Source: an uncultured Methanosarcinaceae archaeon (GTDB lineage Archaea > Halobacteriota > Methanosarcinia > Methanosarcinales > Methanosarcinaceae). Taken from it: a stretch of 24,000 bases of DNA. The notes beneath the pieces were generated by a model that searched no databases, had not been told where the DNA came from, and saw only the letters and a program-made list of their open reading frames with translations. Each line of letters opens with the position of its first letter. Positions within the stretch are counted from its first letter, which is position 1. Below are positions 1 to 8,146 of this stretch, in pieces. The DNA lies in contig OW818660.1 of assembly GCA_942493015.1 (NCBI GenBank), positions 1,917,336 to 1,941,335 of the forward strand, in the 5' to 3' direction. Both the position numbers and the translations under genes were made by a program.

Positions 1-708
1 GCAGCTCTCACGGGCCTGCACAATTGCCAGGAAGAAGGCATAAAGGTTGGACTGCGTTTTACTATCAACAAGCAAAACGTAAAAGACATCCCTGCAATTT
101 TTGACATTCTGGAAGAAGAAAAAATCCCGAGGATCTGTTTTTACCATCTGGTTTATGCTGGCAGAGGCTCAAAAATGGTAAGTGAAGACCTCTCCCTCGA
201 AGAGTCCAGGCAGGCTGTGGACCTTATCCTCGAGAAAACAAGAAAACTGCACGAAAAAGGATTCCCTGCAGAAGTCCTGACGGTAGACAATCACTGCGAC
301 GGCCCCTACATTTACATGAAGCTCCTTAAAGAAAACCCTGAGAGAGCGGAAGAGGTATTCGAACTTCTCTCCATGAACCAGGGGAATTCTTCCGGAATAG
401 GGATCGGATGTGTATCCTGGGACGGATCGGTACATGCCGACCAGTTCTGGAGACATTACTCCTTTGGAAATATACGTGAACGTCCGTTCAGTGAAATATG
501 GAACGACCTCAGCGATGAACTGATGGCCGGGCTCAAAAACCGAAAACCCCTAATCAAAGCTCACGGGGACCGCTGTGCCAGATGCAGATGGCTCGATGTC
601 TGCAATGGGAACTTCAGGGTAAGGGCTGAAGCCGTATACGGAGAAGTCTGGGCAGATGACCCTGCTTGTTACCTTACAAAAGAAGAAATCGGATATTATA
701 AAGCCTGA
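1..708 (+). CDS. Radical SAM / SPASM-domain protein, NirJ/AhbC/AhbD-like (3' part only; 5' end outside window)
   Basis: Frame 1 is open from base 1 and in frame with the listed 175..708 ORF. The C-terminal Cys cluster GDRCARCRWLDVCNGNF resembles a SPASM auxiliary Fe-S motif. The tail DPACYLTKEEI is one I associate with NirJ/Ahb-type heme-pathway radical SAM enzymes. The CxxxCxxC motif would lie upstream of the window. Stop TGA at 706-708. Confidence 0.6.
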   Translation, partial: AALTGLHNCQEEGIKVGLRFTINKQNVKDIPAIFDILEEEKIPRICFYHLVYAGRGSKMVSEDLSLEESRQAVDLILEKTRKLHEKGFPAEVLTVDNHCDGPYIYMKLLKENPERAEEVFELLSMNQGNSSGIGIGCVSWDGSVHADQFWRHYSFGNIRERPFSEIWNDLSDELMAGLKNRKPLIKAHGDRCARCRWLDVCNGNFRVRAEAVYGEVWADDPACYLTKEEIGYYKA

Positions 709-743
709 AACATCTCAGGCTTTATTTGCTTTCAGTTTTTATT
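703..743 (+). terminator. Hairpin plus T-rich tail after the radical SAM gene
   Basis: gcctga (703-708) / tcaggc (715-720) form a perfect 6-bp inverted repeat overlapping the stop codon. It is followed by tttatttgctttcagtttttatt. Confidence 0.4.
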
Positions 744-972
744 CACAGTTTTATTTTCGTTATTTTACAGTATTATTATTTAGCTACTTTTTGTGGACTT
801 ATTTTTTCAGTTAGTTACCTGCTTTAATGCACCTGCTTCCTTTCAGATTACAACTCCATGATTTTCTTTTATAAACATCCATTTATCAAGCTGGATGCAT
901 AATATTTAAGGAGAAAACTTATCGAAAAAGAGTTGATAATAAGAAAAAAGGCTGAGTAAGGCAAAATAATAT

Positions 973-1638
973 ATGAAACCAATCCTCCTGGTCCTGATCT
1001 TTTCAGTTATTTTTGTCATTGCTTCAGGTTGTGTTTCAGAAAAAAAGGAGCCAGAAACCTATGGCAACCAGACAGAAAATCTTTCGTATAAGGGAGAATC
1101 ACTGACACCAATTGCGCAACAGCGTAATAATGCCCTCGAAGGCACCCAGTATATTGACAAAGAAAGCTACAGGCTTCGAGTTGAAGGCCTTGTAGAAAAT
1201 CCCCGAAACTTCACATATGAAGAAATAACCGGATTACCTGAGACTTCGAAAGTCGTGGACTTAAACTGCGTGGAAGGCTGGAGCTTTACTGCAAAGTGGA
1301 CAGGAGTGAAAATGGCTGACCTCATTGCAGAAACAGGAGCTGGGGAAAACGCCACAACTGTTGTTTTTTACAGCGCTGATGGATACTCCACCTCTCTTGA
1401 CATGGATTATCTGTTAGAAAATGACATTATTCTTGCATATAAGCTTAATGACGTTACTCTGCCTCCTGAGAGAGGTTTCCCTCTTCAGCTTGTAGCTGAA
1501 AGCAAATATGGGTATAAATGGGCAAAATGGATCGTCAGAATAGAAATCAGCGACTCACCTTACAAAGGATACTGGGAAAAGAAAGGATATAATAACAGAG
1601 CTGATGTAGGAGGGCCGGCTTTTGAGAGAAGAGAGTAA
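973..1638 (+). CDS. Lipoprotein with molybdopterin-binding oxidoreductase domain (sulfite oxidase / YedY-MsrP-like fold)
   Basis: 221-aa ORF. The N-terminal hydrophobic signal ends in the lipobox-like VIASGC. The core DLNCVEGWSFTAKWTGVKMADLI ... GFPLQLVAESKYGYKWAKWI matches my memory of the Oxidored_molyb domain, including the Mo-ligand Cys. Confidence 0.7.
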   Translation: MKPILLVLIFSVIFVIASGCVSEKKEPETYGNQTENLSYKGESLTPIAQQRNNALEGTQYIDKESYRLRVEGLVENPRNFTYEEITGLPETSKVVDLNCVEGWSFTAKWTGVKMADLIAETGAGENATTVVFYSADGYSTSLDMDYLLENDIILAYKLNDVTLPPERGFPLQLVAESKYGYKWAKWIVRIEISDSPYKGYWEKKGYNNRADVGGPAFERRE

Positions 1639-1839
1639 GGCCCTTACAATAAAACACCAATAACGATATAATATATCCAAACTATAGTATACTGCTACCA
1701 GTATTATAAAATCAGGAAGTTAAATAATTTTTTTCATTACAGCTCTTTGATTATAATAGAAGTTTCAAAATGAAAAATAGAACTGCAGGGCAAATGATAC
1801 AATTGTGGAAGCGTTTCTGGAAAATGGGGGTAATTTGAG

Positions 1840-2787
1840 GTGGCAAATCGCCATGTTAATGTTTTAAACCCTGGGGACCCTTTCAGGGACTGGCTTGTTG
1901 AAGAAGTTGTGGGGCATCGGCTCAAGAATAAGCAGTGTAGTGTAAATGTTTTTAAATATGACTCTTCCCACACGGTCTGCAGGTATCAGTTCAAAGGTGA
2001 ACACTTCAGCGTAATGGCAAAGTTTTTTTCCGAACCTACAGGAAGGCTGAAAGATTACAACCCTTACAAAGGCATGATGAATGAATACAGGAACCTGGAA
2101 AAAGCGGCTTCCGTGATAAATGTTGCAAAGCCTCTTGCAGTCAATAAGAAATTTAATTGTGTCCTTGTAACCGAATATATACCCGGGAAATCTCTGGGCT
2201 GGTACTTAAGGCGCGAAGAAAATCTCTATGAGCGGCTTTCGTCCGTTGCACATATGCTCCGCCAGCTTCATGAAAATACAGAATCATCCTACAATAAAGA
2301 AAATGAATTAAGAAATTACCATGAGGTGCTGGACCATTTGAAACTGGACTATGACACCAGAGAGCCTTTCAATAAATTGCTCGGAGAATGGTGGTACAGT
2401 TCCTGGCTAGACAGAGAGCACGGCTGCATGGTCCACAGGGATGTGACTCCTTCCAATTATATTTTTTGCAAAGATAAGCCCTATGCAATTGATTTTGAAA
2501 GCTCCTGGTTCCAGGCGCACCCTGTAAGAGATCTGGGTATCCTTACTGCAGAACTTAAAAATGAGTTTGAACTGCACAAAGGGGGAGGCTGGAAAGCTGA
2601 ACCATATATAGGAAATTTCCTCTGGGAGTATAGCAGAAATGAGAAGGACTTTAAATATATTACGAGAGTTTTGCCTTTTTTCATGAGCATAGGGCTTCTC
2701 CGTTCAGCAAGGCTTCACCAGGGAAACTATAGAAATTATCTTATCAAAGAAGCACATGAGTGCTTGAAAGCAATTAATAAAAAATAA
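1840..2787 (+). CDS. Protein-kinase-like fold phosphotransferase (APH / choline-kinase-like family), function unknown
   Basis: 315-aa ORF with a GTG start at 1840 preceded by GAGG. It has the catalytic-loop-like HRDVTPSNYIF and a downstream metal-binding-like AIDFES (the HxDxxxxN ... DFE arrangement of APH-type kinases). Stop TAA at 2785-2787. Confidence 0.55.
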   Translation: MANRHVNVLNPGDPFRDWLVEEVVGHRLKNKQCSVNVFKYDSSHTVCRYQFKGEHFSVMAKFFSEPTGRLKDYNPYKGMMNEYRNLEKAASVINVAKPLAVNKKFNCVLVTEYIPGKSLGWYLRREENLYERLSSVAHMLRQLHENTESSYNKENELRNYHEVLDHLKLDYDTREPFNKLLGEWWYSSWLDREHGCMVHRDVTPSNYIFCKDKPYAIDFESSWFQAHPVRDLGILTAELKNEFELHKGGGWKAEPYIGNFLWEYSRNEKDFKYITRVLPFFMSIGLLRSARLHQGNYRNYLIKEAHECLKAINKK

Positions 2788-2860
2788 AGCAATTAATAAA
2801 AAATAAAGCAATTAATAAAAAATAAAGCAATTAATAAAAAAAGAAAGCAGTTAATTAAAG
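2770..2860. repeat. 19-bp tandem repeat, three perfect copies plus two degenerate copies
   Basis: gcaattaataaaaaataaa occurs at 2770-2788, 2789-2807 and 2808-2826. A 20-nt variant lies at 2827-2846 and a partial copy, gcagttaattaaag, at 2847-2860. Copy 1 contains the last five codons and the stop of the upstream CDS. Confidence 0.95.
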
Positions 2861-3121
2861 GGGATACGGGAGGGAAAAAGCATTTCCGAAAACTATGTAA
2901 TTGAATCAGGTGAAGGAAAAGTCATATTTCTCACTGAGCCTGCAGTCAAAGGGGAAGAGGTTTTTGAGAGCTGCCATATAAAGGGGGTAATCTTTGACTG
3001 CTACCAGACACTTATTGATATCCACACTGAAGAACACAGTATTGAAACATATGAGATATTAAGCACCTGGCTTGCCTACCAGGGAGTAAAAATACAGCCT
3101 GAGAAACTATGGGATACATAT

Positions 3122-3631
3122 ATGTTTAAAGTAAAGGAGAAAATGGATATTTCCAGGGAAATATATCCAGAAATAAAAGTAGAGGAAATTTTTTCCGAGA
3201 TATGCAGGGAAAATTCGATATGGAAAATCGACGAAAAAAACCTCGGGATAGAAACTGCAAGAGTCTTTAGGGCAGCTTCTATACGAAAACTCCGCCCCTT
3301 TCCTCAAAGCGTAAAATTAATAGAACAATGTATAAACGTCCCAAAGTGCATAATCTCTAACGGGCAAAGGGTTTTTTCCGAACTGGAACTCCGGTTCCTC
3401 GGGCTCTATGATTATTTCGACTTTGTTATATTCTCATCAGATGTAGGGTACAAGAAACCTGACCTAAGGCTTTTTATGACAGCACTTAAAAGGATGGGCC
3501 TGGAACTCGAGCCCAAATGTGTAATGTCAATAGGAGACTCTTACGAAAACGAGATAATACCTGCAAAAAAGCTTGGAATGCGCTCCATGCATATTGAAGA
3601 AGCGTGGAAACATTTTGAGTTGATTGACTGA
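3122..3631 (+). CDS. HAD-superfamily hydrolase paralog (haloacid-dehalogenase-like); the frame and the homology continue upstream to about 2960 without a canonical start, so it is possibly a pseudogene
   Basis: The 169-aa listed ORF aligns by eye along its whole length to the downstream paralog (NVPKCIISNGQRVF..LRFLGLYD..KKPD..SIGDS.ENE). The same frame is open back to 2855 and encodes the missing motif I (KGVIFDCYQTLID, 2981-3019). There is no in-frame ATG, GTG or TTG before 3122. Confidence 0.6.
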   Translation: MFKVKEKMDISREIYPEIKVEEIFSEICRENSIWKIDEKNLGIETARVFRAASIRKLRPFPQSVKLIEQCINVPKCIISNGQRVFSELELRFLGLYDYFDFVIFSSDVGYKKPDLRLFMTALKRMGLELEPKCVMSIGDSYENEIIPAKKLGMRSMHIEEAWKHFELID

Positions 3632-3949
3632 TTTCCGTAAAACGGCTTATTTCTTATTTTCAGTTAATAAATACAAAGCCTGTATATTTTCGGGCCTTCT
3701 TTTAAGAGTTTACCCCAATTTGGGGAGTTTTTCCAAAATAATTGAAGTTATGGTTTTTTTTTTCTGAGCTCTGACCTGGGAATAAGAATATTCTCTATAA
3801 AAAGAGAGGACTATATACATGTATTTATACACAATATGGGTATTGTCAGAAGATCTATATACTAAGAAATTGATACCCATATTAACAGAAAAAGAATATA
3901 TGCGTGTTCAAAACTCCACAGAATATCAAAAAATAAAAGGAGAATCCCT

Positions 3950-4603
3950 ATGCTCCAGAAAGGAAAAATTAAAGGCTTAATCTTCGACTGTTATAAAACT
4001 CTTATTGACATAAAAACTGATGAAGGAAGCCGAGAGACAAACGAAAGGGTAAGCAAATGGTTACTCTATCAGGGAGTAAAGATAGAACCTGACCGGCTTA
4101 GAGAAGAATATAGATGGAAAGTCGTAGGCAGGCTTGGCAATTCAGGCCAGAGGCACCCAGATATCCGTATAGAAGAGATTTTTGCCGAGATCTGTGCAGA
4201 AAATGCCTTTAGAGAAATCGATTCCTATTGGCTTGGGATTGAAACGGCCAAAGTCTTCAGAACTGCATCTTTAAAAAAACTGGCTGCCTATCCCCAGAGC
4301 CTTCGCTTGCTTGAAAAATATAGAAACGTCCCGAAGTGCATTGTTTCCAATGCCCAGAGAGTTTTTACTGAACAAGAACTTCGCTTCCTGGGCCTGTATG
4401 ACCGCTTCAATTTTGTAATTATGTCTTCAGACCACCGCATCAAGAAACCTGACACCCGACTTTTCAAAATGGCCCTGGACGGCCTCAGGCTTGAGCCATG
4501 GGAAGTGCTCTCCATTGGGGATACGCCGGAAAACGACATATACCCACCTCAAAGCCTCGGGATGAGTGCAATGCACATCCGGGATGCCTGGAGATATGCA
4601 TAA
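3950..4603 (+). CDS. HAD-superfamily hydrolase (haloacid-dehalogenase-like, DxYxT motif I subtype)
   Basis: 217-aa ORF with AAGGAG 8 nt upstream of the ATG. Motif I is LIFDCYKTLID, motif II CIVSN, motif III KKPD and motif IV SIGDTPENDI. Confidence 0.8.
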   Translation: MLQKGKIKGLIFDCYKTLIDIKTDEGSRETNERVSKWLLYQGVKIEPDRLREEYRWKVVGRLGNSGQRHPDIRIEEIFAEICAENAFREIDSYWLGIETAKVFRTASLKKLAAYPQSLRLLEKYRNVPKCIVSNAQRVFTEQELRFLGLYDRFNFVIMSSDHRIKKPDTRLFKMALDGLRLEPWEVLSIGDTPENDIYPPQSLGMSAMHIRDAWRYA

Positions 4604-4608
4604 AAGAA

Positions 4609-4772
4609 AAGAGAGAATAAAAGGAAAGAATAAGAGAGAATTAAAGAGAGAATTAAAGAGAGAATTAAAGAGAGAATTAAAGAGAGAATTAAAGAGAGAA
4701 TTAAAGAGAGAATTAAAGAGAGAATTAGAGAGAGAATTAAAGAGAGAATTAAAGAGAGAATTAAAGAGAGAA
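4609..4772. repeat. 12-bp purine-rich tandem repeat (agagagaattaa), 11 units plus degenerate flanks
   Basis: Units start every 12 nt from 4633 to 4753. Ten are identical and the unit at 4717 ends in g instead of a. Degenerate copies lie at about 4609-4632 and a partial copy at 4765-4772. The array starts a few bases after the HAD stop codon. Confidence 0.95.
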
Positions 4773-5123
4773 AATCAGCTTCTCCGGAATGAAATTATAA
4801 CCAGACAGATATTCTCATAGGCTAAAAGTGCTTTACATACCTTTCAACTCTGTTCATATTTTTCCTAACAACTTTTTGTCAGTTGAAATACTGAATGTTA
4901 TGCAACACTGACTGTTTTTAAACTTTTAATAAAACATTTCCTTTTCTACAATCGGTTTTCAGGATAAAAAATGAAATCAGTTTAAACCAGATTCTATAGT
5001 CCTGGGACTTCTCTCACAACCAGAGATTTCCATTCCATCCAAAACCAGATATATTTAAATAATCGCAAGCACTCTAAAACCCCAAGAAATTCTTATACTA
5101 TTTTCCAATCATGGAGTGTCCTT

Positions 5124-7733
5124 ATGACAGAATCGGAAATTCCAAAAGAATATAATGCAAATGAGGTTGAGGAAAAGTGGATGGAGAAATGGAACCTCTC
5201 CATGTACCACTTCAACTGGGGAGAAGATACACGCCCCCAATATATTATCGACACCCCACCCCCTTATCCTACAGGCAATTTCCATATAGGAAACGCGCTT
5301 AACTGGTGCTATATTGACTTTGTTGCCCGATACAAACGCATGCGTGGGTACAATGTAATGTTCCCCCAGGGCTGGGACTGTCATGGCCTGCCGACAGAAG
5401 TTAAGGTTGAGGAAACTCACAAGATCACTAAAAACCAGGTCCCTCGTGCAGAGTTCAGGAGAATGTGCAAGGAACTCACGGCAGGAAACATCGACAAGAT
5501 GCGCAAAACAATGCTGAGGCTGGGATTTTCTGTGGACTGGAGCAACGAATTCGTTACCATGGAGCCCTCATACTTTGTAAAAACACAGAAATCTTTTGTC
5601 AAGATGTACAACGGTGGGCACATCTATCACGAAGACCATCCTGTCAACTGGTGCCCCCGCTGTGAAACTGCAATTGCTTTTGCAGAAGTAGAGTATGACG
5701 CAGGGAAAACAAACCTTAACTTTGTCCATTTCGACAAAGTAGACATCGCAACCACAAGGCCGGAACTGATGGCTGCCTGCGTCGCAGTTGCAGTAAATCC
5801 CAAAGACGAACGCTACAGCCAGTATATTGGAAAGGACATTGATGTCCCGATTTTCGGACAGAAAGTAACTCTGATTGCCGATGAAGCTGTTGAGCCCGAG
5901 TTTGGGACAGGCGCTGTGATGATCTGCACTTTCGGGGACAAGCAGGATATTCGCTGGTGGGTAAAGTACGGGCTGCCCCTGGTAAAAGCCATCGACAAAC
6001 AGGGCAAGATGACAGAGGTTGCAGGCAAATACGAAGGCATGAGTATTACCGAATGCAGGGAAGCTGTCATTTCCGACCTGAAGACTGCAGGTTTCCTCTA
6101 TGACCAAAAACCCCTTGAGCAGAATGTCGGGCTCTGCTGGCGCTGTGACACCCCCATAGAAACCCTTTCCGGGCCCCAGTGGTTCGTAAAGATCAACCAT
6201 CAGGGTATCCTGAAAGCTGCAGATGAGATTAACTGGTATCCTGAGTATATGAAAGTCAGGCTCCAGAACTGGACAGGCACTATGGAATGGGACTGGTGCA
6301 TTTCCAGGCAGAGGATCTTTGCGACCCCTATTCCGATATGGTACTGCAAAAAGTGCGGGGAAGTCATGATTGCCGAGGAAAGCTGGCTTCCGATAGACCC
6401 GAACGAGTCATCCCCAAAGAAAGCCTGTGCCTGTGGCTCAACCGAATTTGAACCCGAGACAGATGTGCTGGACACCTGGATGGACTCTTCAATTACGGCG
6501 TTACACGTAAGCGGCTGGGAAAGCGAGCATGAACTTCGTCTTCCTGCACAGATTCGCCCTCAGGGGCACGACATCATCAGAACCTGGGCATTTTATACGA
6601 TTCTGCGGAGCCTGGCTCTTGAAGGCAAGAGGCCCTGGGACTCTATAATGGTTAATGGGATGGTACTTGGGCCCGATGGACATAAGATGAGCAAGTCCCT
6701 TGGAAACGTTATTTCTCCCGAAGAAGTGACCAGCCAGCACAGCGCTGATGCTTTCAGGCAGTGGGGTGCAGTTGGAGGCTCCACAGGCTCAGACGTAATG
6801 TTCCGCTGGAAGGATGTAGTTTCAGCTTCTCGTTTCCTCCAGAAGATGTGGAGTATTTACCGATTTTCGATGTCTCATCTGAAGGACTTTGGACCTGAAG
6901 ACGTCGAGAACTTCCCTCTGCATTCTCTCCTTACAGTTGACAGGTGGCTCCTTAGCAAACTTAACAGGCTTGTGGATACCGCCACAAAAGAGCTGGAAGG
7001 CTACCAGTTTGATTCTACTTTCAAAGCTATCAGAGGCTTTGCCTGGGAAATCCTTGCAGACAACTATCTTGAACTCATAAAAGGCAGGCTCTACGGTGAC
7101 GAGCCGGAAGGCAAGAGAGCAGCTCGCTATGTCTTATATAGAACAATGAAAACTCTCTCGCTTCTGCTTGCACCCTTTATACCTTTCTTTGCAGAAGAGC
7201 TGTATTCGAGGTTTAGCAACGAAAGCGTTCACACGCAAGCTTGGCCCACGGTAGATGAAAGCCTCATAAGCGAAGAAGCCGAAGCCGCAGGGGAACTTAT
7301 CAAAGACATCACAGGTGAAGTCCGCAGGTACAAGTCCGACCTGGGAATGGCCCTCAACGCTCCTCTGAAAAAGATCGAGATATACAATGCAGAGATCGAC
7401 ACTGGAGATATTGCAGGCGCTACGAACTCGGAAGTTGAATTGATGGCAGGTGCCCCTTCCTTTGAATATGTGCCAGTGGAAGTTAAGCCAAATATGGGCC
7501 TTCTTGGACCGCTTTTCAGAAAGGATGCGGGAGATGTTATAAAGGCCCTCAAAGAACAGGACCCTGTAGCTATTGAAACCCAGGCAGCCTCGGGAAAAAT
7601 AACCGTTAATGTAAACGGCGAAAAGATAGAGCTCGAATCCGGAGCCGTGGAGATAAGAAAAGAAGTAATCTCCGGCGGCAGGGAGGTCGATGTGCTCGAA
7701 GTTAGAGGTGCAATTGTTGTAATTGTAAGGTAA
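5124..7733 (+). CDS. valS: Valine--tRNA ligase (class I aminoacyl-tRNA synthetase, archaeal type)
   Basis: 869-aa ORF. It has the [16 protein letters not shown] (HIGH-type) and HKMSKSLGN (KMSKS) signatures and a CP1 editing-domain insertion with Cys pairs (WCPRCET, CWRCDT). Length and N-terminal motif fit archaeal ValRS rather than IleRS or LeuRS, judged from memory. Confidence 0.85.
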   Translation: MTESEIPKEYNANEVEEKWMEKWNLSMYHFNWGEDTRPQYIIDTPPPYPTGNFHIGNALNWCYIDFVARYKRMRGYNVMFPQGWDCHGLPTEVKVEETHKITKNQVPRAEFRRMCKELTAGNIDKMRKTMLRLGFSVDWSNEFVTMEPSYFVKTQKSFVKMYNGGHIYHEDHPVNWCPRCETAIAFAEVEYDAGKTNLNFVHFDKVDIATTRPELMAACVAVAVNPKDERYSQYIGKDIDVPIFGQKVTLIADEAVEPEFGTGAVMICTFGDKQDIRWWVKYGLPLVKAIDKQGKMTEVAGKYEGMSITECREAVISDLKTAGFLYDQKPLEQNVGLCWRCDTPIETLSGPQWFVKINHQGILKAADEINWYPEYMKVRLQNWTGTMEWDWCISRQRIFATPIPIWYCKKCGEVMIAEESWLPIDPNESSPKKACACGSTEFEPETDVLDTWMDSSITALHVSGWESEHELRLPAQIRPQGHDIIRTWAFYTILRSLALEGKRPWDSIMVNGMVLGPDGHKMSKSLGNVISPEEVTSQHSADAFRQWGAVGGSTGSDVMFRWKDVVSASRFLQKMWSIYRFSMSHLKDFGPEDVENFPLHSLLTVDRWLLSKLNRLVDTATKELEGYQFDSTFKAIRGFAWEILADNYLELIKGRLYGDEPEGKRAARYVLYRTMKTLSLLLAPFIPFFAEELYSRFSNESVHTQAWPTVDESLISEEAEAAGELIKDITGEVRRYKSDLGMALNAPLKKIEIYNAEIDTGDIAGATNSEVELMAGAPSFEYVPVEVKPNMGLLGPLFRKDAGDVIKALKEQDPVAIETQAASGKITVNVNGEKIELESGAVEIRKEVISGGREVDVLEVRGAIVVIVR

Positions 7734-7767
7734 GCATCTGCTTACCTTTTAACTTTAGATTTTTTTT
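7729..7767 (+). terminator. Hairpin and oligo-T after valS
   Basis: ggtaagca (7729-7736) / tgcttacc (7739-7746) form a perfect inverted repeat overlapping the TAA stop. It is followed by tttt (7747-7750) and a T8 run (7760-7767). Confidence 0.55.
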
Positions 7768-7804
7768 ATAAATATTAAGCCTGTCCTGCAAATCTCAGAC
7801 TATG

Positions 7805-7966
7805 TCATCTCTTTATAAGCATCAGAGAAAAAGAGAATATAAGAAGCGCGGCATAAAACATTACACTGGAATCAAATCTGTTATATAAGGACAGCCACGT
7901 GTACACGAGCATTGAGCCTGAAAAGACTGCTAAAACCATAAGTCCGACATATTTTGCTTCTACCAT
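7805..7966 (-). CDS. Candidate small membrane protein (53 aa, two predicted TM helices); below the ORF-track cutoff
   Basis: My own translation of the minus strand is MVEAKYVGLMVLAVFSGSMLVYTWLSLYNRFDSSVMFYAALLIFSFSLMLIKR, ending in a stop. ATG is at 7966-7964 and TGA at 7807-7805. GTGAT lies 5 nt upstream, and a TTTTATAA box (minus strand, 7992-7999) lies about 30 nt upstream of the ATG. Confidence 0.4.
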   Translation of the reverse strand: MVEAKYVGLMVLAVFSGSMLVYTWLSLYNRFDSSVMFYAALLIFSFSLMLIKR

Positions 7967-8105
7967 TTTTCATCACTTACCTTTGTTTATGTTATAAAAT
8001 TTAGCTTAAACTAAAAAATAGTGAAATAATTTTAGTTTCATTAAAATGAACTTCTATGCTCTCTGTTTAATTGATATCGCGTTTCGTTAATAGTTAATCA
8101 AATGA

Positions 8106-8139
8106 TTTCTGAATAAAATAGATATACTTTATTCAGAAA
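8106..8139 (-). terminator. 12-bp perfect inverted repeat just downstream of the last gene of the motility operon
   Basis: tttctgaataaa (8106-8117) and tttattcagaaa (8128-8139) flank a 10-nt loop. On the minus strand the structure begins 7 nt after the TGA at 8147-8149 and is followed by a moderately U-rich stretch. Confidence 0.45.
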
Positions 8140-8146
8140 CCATTGA

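Noticed and set aside
1770-1838. 22-codon ORF (MKNRTAGQMIQLWKRFWKMGVI) ending 1 nt before the GTG start of the kinase-like gene
   Set aside because: It is too short to support from sequence alone. It could be a uORF, but there is no SD and no conservation evidence is available.
2770-4772. Possibility that the 19-bp or 12-bp arrays are CRISPR arrays
   Set aside because: The units are directly adjacent with no spacers, are much shorter than CRISPR repeats, and no cas genes are present.
4566-4820. 84-aa ORF translating to (ELKR)n
   Set aside because: It is simply the 12-bp tandem repeat read in one frame; a period divisible by 3 keeps the frame open. It starts inside the HAD CDS in another frame and has no SD. 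The repeat explains it fully.
5109-7552. Multiple minus- and plus-strand ORFs inside valS (for example 5568..6200, 6200..6475, 7229..7552, 5465..5665)
   Set aside because: These are shadow ORFs overlapping a CDS with unambiguous class I aaRS motifs. Their translations are low-complexity or Cys/Ser/Pro-rich with no recognisable motifs.
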